DNA of 64,000 bases from Ruminococcus sp. (lineage in GTDB: Bacteria; Bacillota; Clostridia; Oscillospirales; Ruminococcaceae), in NCBI GenBank assembly GCA_019420505.1, contig JAHZHC010000016.1:3838-67837 (forward strand), written 5' to 3'. The position numbers were made by a program, and so were the translations under genes. The notes under the pieces are model-generated. The model was not told the DNA's origin, searched no databases, and saw nothing but the letters and a program-made list of their open reading frames with translations. Below, one piece after another: positions 60,983-64,000 of this stretch (its first letter is position 1; the number at the start of each line of letters is the position of its first letter).

Positions 60983-61440
60983 TTCTCTTCCTCCCGAAGC
61001 TCATCAAATTTTTTCTTCATACAATCAGAAAATAGTGAAGTAAGGCGTACAAGCTCCGCAGCATTCTCTATAGATAATTCACACATGGCATTTATCTCTG
61101 CATCAGCGGCAGGCGGAATAATTTCTTTTGCATATTCTAAGCCAGCATTTGTAAAACGAATAATTTTATTTCGCCTGTCTGTTTCTGATTCCGTCAAATA
61201 TATATGGCCCTGTTTCAAAAATTTCTTGATAATTGCACTAATAGTTTGTTTTGTAGCAGACAGCCGTTCACAAATTTCCGATTGTAAACAGCCATTAGGA
61301 GCAAACCATATCAGATCTAACACAAACAATTCCTTTGCCGTAAGATTATGCTTTCTCGCATACAGTTCATAGGCGGCAAACTGTATATCTCTTAATTTAC
61401 AATATTGATTCACATAGTCCCTGATTTCTTCTTGCTTCAT
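60979..61440 (-). CDS. MarR-family transcriptional regulator
   Basis: Winged-helix core LTAKELFVLDLI...QSEICERLSATKQTISAIIKKF...DRRNKIIRFT. ATG at 61440 follows GAAAGGGG. The stop overlaps the DUF1848 start (ATGA). Confidence 0.8.
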   Translation of the reverse strand: MKQEEIRDYVNQYCKLRDIQFAAYELYARKHNLTAKELFVLDLIWFAPNGCLQSEICERLSATKQTISAIIKKFLKQGHIYLTESETDRRNKIIRFTNAGLEYAKEIIPPAADAEINAMCELSIENAAELVRLTSLFSDCMKKKFDELREEEK

Positions 61441-61485
61441 ATTTATCGCCCCTTTCAAATATCAGACCGTCTAATATTTGACTTA

Positions 61486-61514
61486 ATTTTAGCATATAGC
61501 AATTCATTTGTCAA
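61486..61514 (-). promoter_or_regulatory. Putative sigma-A promoter of the marR-DUF1848 pair
   Basis: Minus strand reads TTGACA-17 nt-TAAAAT. Confidence 0.55.
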
Positions 61515-61711
61515 GCAAACGAAATATAATAAATTTATGCGGATCTGTAATAGCAAATTATATGTTATTCAGACAAATGTTGTTTTTTTAATAATGAAAA
61601 TTGAATTATCTATAACAGTAATAACAATTTCAGAACTACCTGCAAATATAACAAATATTTAAATTTACACATAAATAAAATCGCCAACAATTCCTGTTGA
61701 ATTATTGGCTG

Positions 61712-61744
61712 CAAAAAACAAAACCGCCTATTTTAGGCGGTTTT
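61712..61744 (-). terminator. Intrinsic terminator after tRNA-Pro
   Basis: Minus strand reads AAACCGCCTA-aaa-TAGGCGGTTT followed by TGTTTTTT. Confidence 0.75.
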
Positions 61745-61752
61745 AATGTATA

Positions 61753-61829
61753 TGGTCGGGGCGACAGGACTTGAACCTGCGGCATCTTGGTCCCAAACCA
61801 AGCACTCTACCAAACTGAGTTACGCCCCG
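61753..61829 (-). tRNA. tRNA-Pro (anticodon UGG), CCA encoded
   Basis: Folded by hand into a 77-nt cloverleaf. Acceptor CGGGGCG/CGCCCCG, D-stem ACTC/GAGT, anticodon stem CTTGG/CCAAG with loop TTTGGGA (G37), T-arm GCAGG-TTCAAGT-CCTGT, discriminator A plus CCA. Confidence 0.9.
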
Positions 61830-61889
61830 ATCTATGTAAAGTCAAATCTCAAAGAATTACTCAATTCAATTAAATTTGACAGCTTAGTT

Positions 61890-61918
61890 ATTATACACTT
61901 TTTCCGACAAGTTGTCAA
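61890..61918 (-). promoter_or_regulatory. Consensus sigma-A promoter driving tRNA-Pro
   Basis: Minus strand reads TTGACA-17 nt-TATAAT (perfect hexamers), about 60 nt upstream of the mature 5' end. Confidence 0.7.
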
Positions 61919-62075
61919 GCTAAATATAAAACTTCTGCATTTTGCATAAATAAATATAAATATAAATTTAAATATATAGGTGTTTTGCTTAACTGACGCT
62001 CCTAAAAAATAATTGATTTTTTTCAGAAGAAATAAATAATTCTGTGAAAAATATCTGCTTTTTGCTTTAATCTTG

Positions 62076-62104
62076 TTGCATTTTTTATTAAAATGTGTTA
62101 TTAT
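62076..62104 (+). promoter_or_regulatory. Putative sigma-A promoter
   Basis: TTGCAT-17 nt-TATTAT with TGt upstream of the -10. Confidence 0.4.
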
Positions 62105-62138
62105 GATATTAATAAAATATATTTAGGAGGATTATTGC

Positions 62139-63095
62139 ATGAGAACAAGAATTTGTCCGTATTGCCATGAAGAAATTTCAGACGAGGCAATATTATGTAA
62201 ATATTGTCATAATCTGTTGATTGATGACAACAATGACAATACACGTACTGTTATTTTTGACAAAATTAAGCCTACAGTAAATGATACAATTGATGAAGAC
62301 TATGACAACAGCCAATTTAATAACGATGAAAATATTGACGATTATGATTATAACAGCAATTCCGACAATGGCTATGATGAAAATTATTATGATTATGACG
62401 GATATGAAAATGAAGAGTATGATGAATACGAGGACGAAGACAGCTATAATCAGCAGGAATATTATGACGAAGAAATTTCCGACATTAATGATTCTAAAAA
62501 GAAAAATATTATGATTGCTGCCGTTATTGCAGCAGGGGTTATTATTATAGTTATCATTGCTTTTATTGTCGGTAACAAGCTTTTTGGTTCTAAATCTGAC
62601 GATGGATCATCTGTAATTTCTGTTAATGCCAATATAACTTCATCAAAATCATCCGATGATAATACAGAAAATAGTCAGAATAATTCTCAGAACCCAGCCG
62701 CAACAGACAGTACTGCTCCTGATGTAAACAGCACTTCGGTAGATTCTGTTACAACTGATGAATCTTCAGATGACGTTTCATCTGCATATTATGATGAAAA
62801 TTCATCAGTATATGATGTGGATTCTTCTGAAATTATTCAAGACAGTTCCACTGTTTCATCCAATGCTGAATCTTCTGCTGCTAATTCGGACAACTTAAGT
62901 TCATCACAAACAAGCGGAGAAAATGCAAATATCGTTTCAGCAATAACTTCTGAGATTTCTAAGCTCGGAACTGTTCAGAGTTATCAATACAGAGAAGATG
63001 ATTCTACATACAGCTACTATTACTTCTTTACAACCGATGGTAAAGGCTACAGTATAGCTTATAATAAGCTTGATGGTACAATGATTATTAAATAA
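62139..63095 (+). CDS. Zinc-ribbon membrane protein with acidic Tyr-rich and Ser-rich low-complexity regions
   Basis: N-terminal CPYC...CKYC ribbon, a D/E/Y/N-rich tract, one TM helix (IMIAAVIAAGVIIIVIIAFIVG), a Ser-rich exterior and a small C-terminal beta-like module. AGGAGG lies before the ATG. Confidence 0.6.
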   Translation: MRTRICPYCHEEISDEAILCKYCHNLLIDDNNDNTRTVIFDKIKPTVNDTIDEDYDNSQFNNDENIDDYDYNSNSDNGYDENYYDYDGYENEEYDEYEDEDSYNQQEYYDEEISDINDSKKKNIMIAAVIAAGVIIIVIIAFIVGNKLFGSKSDDGSSVISVNANITSSKSSDDNTENSQNNSQNPAATDSTAPDVNSTSVDSVTTDESSDDVSSAYYDENSSVYDVDSSEIIQDSSTVSSNAESSAANSDNLSSSQTSGENANIVSAITSEISKLGTVQSYQYREDDSTYSYYYFFTTDGKGYSIAYNKLDGTMIIK

Positions 63096-63107
63096 AAACT
63101 GTATACG

Positions 63108-63140
63108 AAAACCGCACTCTTATATGGGTGCGGTTTTTAT
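63108..63140 (+). terminator. Intrinsic terminator
   Basis: AAACCGCAC-tcttatatgg-GTGCGGTTT followed by TT. Confidence 0.7.
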
Positions 63141-63287
63141 AATATACTATTATTTAAAAATTGTCGTTATAATGAACAAAATTAATATTTCATTTATATT
63201 GATTTTATATTTGCAATAAGAGATAAAACATGGTATAATATTATTTTGGAAAGATAAAGAATAGGTTAATAAACTGGAGGAATTTAA

Positions 63288-64000
63288 ATGATAAGAGAAG
63301 ATTTGAGAAACGTAGCGATTATTGCTCACGTTGACCATGGAAAAACTACTCTCGTTGACGAAATGCTGAAACAGAGCGGAACATTTCGTGATAACCAGGC
63401 TGTTGATGAAAGAGTTATGGATAGCAACGACATTGAACGAGAAAGAGGAATAACTATTCTTGCTAAAAATACATCCATTCATTACAAAGATGTTAAAATA
63501 AATGTAATTGATACTCCCGGCCATGCGGATTTCGGCGGAGAAGTTGAACGTGTGCTTAAAATGGTGAATGGTGTAATTCTCCTTGTTGATGCAGCCGAAG
63601 GCCCTATGCCGCAAACAAGATTTGTACTTCAGAAAGCTTTGGAACTCGGTCATAAAATAATTGTTGTTATTAATAAAATTGACCGTCCCGACGCTCGTCT
63701 TAACGAAGTAGGCGATGAAGTACTTGAGCTTCTTATGGATCTTGATGCAACTGATGAACAGCTTGACAGCCCGATACTTTATTGTTCGGGACGAGATGGC
63801 ACAGCCTCATATAATCCTAATGAACAAGGTGAAAATCTTATTCCTTTACTTGATGAAATTCTTTCATATATTCCTGCTCCTGAAGTAGATACTGATGGAG
63901 ATATGCAGTTCTTAGTTTCTGCTATTGATTATAATGAATATGTAGGAAGAATAGCTGTCGGACGCATTGAACGAGGAGTTATAAAAGTAAATCAGGAAGT
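63288..64000 (+). CDS. typA: Translational GTPase TypA/BipA (5' part, runs off the window)
   Basis: Not in the ORF track because it has no stop in the window. GGAGG lies 8 nt before ATG 63288. My translation is [31 protein letters not shown]...[14 protein letters not shown]...NKIDRP. Confidence 0.95.
   Translation, partial: MIREDLRNVAIIAHVDHGKTTLVDEMLKQSGTFRDNQAVDERVMDSNDIERERGITILAKNTSIHYKDVKINVIDTPGHADFGGEVERVLKMVNGVILLVDAAEGPMPQTRFVLQKALELGHKIIVVINKIDRPDARLNEVGDEVLELLMDLDATDEQLDSPILYCSGRDGTASYNPNEQGENLIPLLDEILSYIPAPEVDTDGDMQFLVSAIDYNEYVGRIAVGRIERGVIKVNQE

Noticed and set aside
60944-61372. 142-aa plus-strand ORF.
   Set aside because: It is antisense to the MarR-family gene, whose winged-helix motifs are clear. 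It is a shadow ORF in AT-rich DNA.
61682-61710. Second hairpin (GCCAACAATTC-ctgtt-GAATTATTGGC) as a small RNA or REP-type repeat.
   Set aside because: It is a single copy in the window with one mismatch, and it lies just downstream of the tRNA terminator. It is most simply a back-up terminator.
61753-61829. tRNA-Pro as an attachment site of a genomic island containing marR-DUF1848-hsp20.
   Set aside because: I could find no integrase and no repeat of the tRNA 3' end in 59156-61752. The composition is not visibly different from the surrounding sequence.
62281-62514. 77-aa M/T/I-rich ORF in an alternative frame.
   Set aside because: It is a frame-shifted reading of the GAT/GAA/TAT-rich acidic tract of the zinc-ribbon protein. 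This is a low-complexity artefact.
63150-63653. 167-aa minus-strand ORF from the track.
   Set aside because: It lies antisense to an unmistakable typA/BipA reading frame that starts at 63288 and runs off the window. Its composition is junk-like (F/N/I/S-rich) and it has no SD. It is a shadow ORF.

Overview
Low-GC, AT-rich chromosomal segment typical of Firmicutes/Clostridia. The organism is an endospore former, since yunB, spmA/spmB, yqfC/yqfD and a ylbJ-like gene are present. I support about 62 CDS, one tRNA-Pro(UGG), a set of intrinsic terminators and several near-consensus sigma-A promoters. Content is overwhelmingly core housekeeping. It covers ilvC, era-yqzL-recO, mutS2, addB, split metH, nifS-nifU-mnmA, abrB, and a GT2-tagG-tagH envelope cluster. 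It also covers murT-gatD, dtd, carA-carB/dapF-dapL, cdaA-cdaR, an 8-gene polyamine operon, the yqfC-yqfD-phoH-ybeY-dgkA block, ligA-gatCAB, hsp20 and typA. I see no CRISPR array, transposase/IS, prophage or recognisable defence-system genes, so I cannot honestly point to a clear-cut new system. The observations most worth follow-up are listed here. (1) A perfect 36-bp lox/dif-like palindrome lies 21 nt upstream of a lone Xer-type tyrosine recombinase, at a point where coding-strand polarity flips. (2) An in-frame, stop-less carB-dapF fusion (1354 aa) sits in a carA-carB::dapF-dapL operon. (3) One operon encodes both the SAM-dependent (speD/speE) and the aspartate-semialdehyde-dependent (CANSDH/CANSDC) aminopropylation routes, with a YbjQ-family gene and a 2-TM gene inserted. 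(4) A 253-aa cytoplasmic protein carries 19 Cys and has no function I can assign. (5) addB has no adjacent addA. (6) era and mutS2 each have an SD, a hairpin and then the ATG, with 30 nt between SD and ATG in both cases. All functional calls come from motif recognition by eye, and no searches were run.
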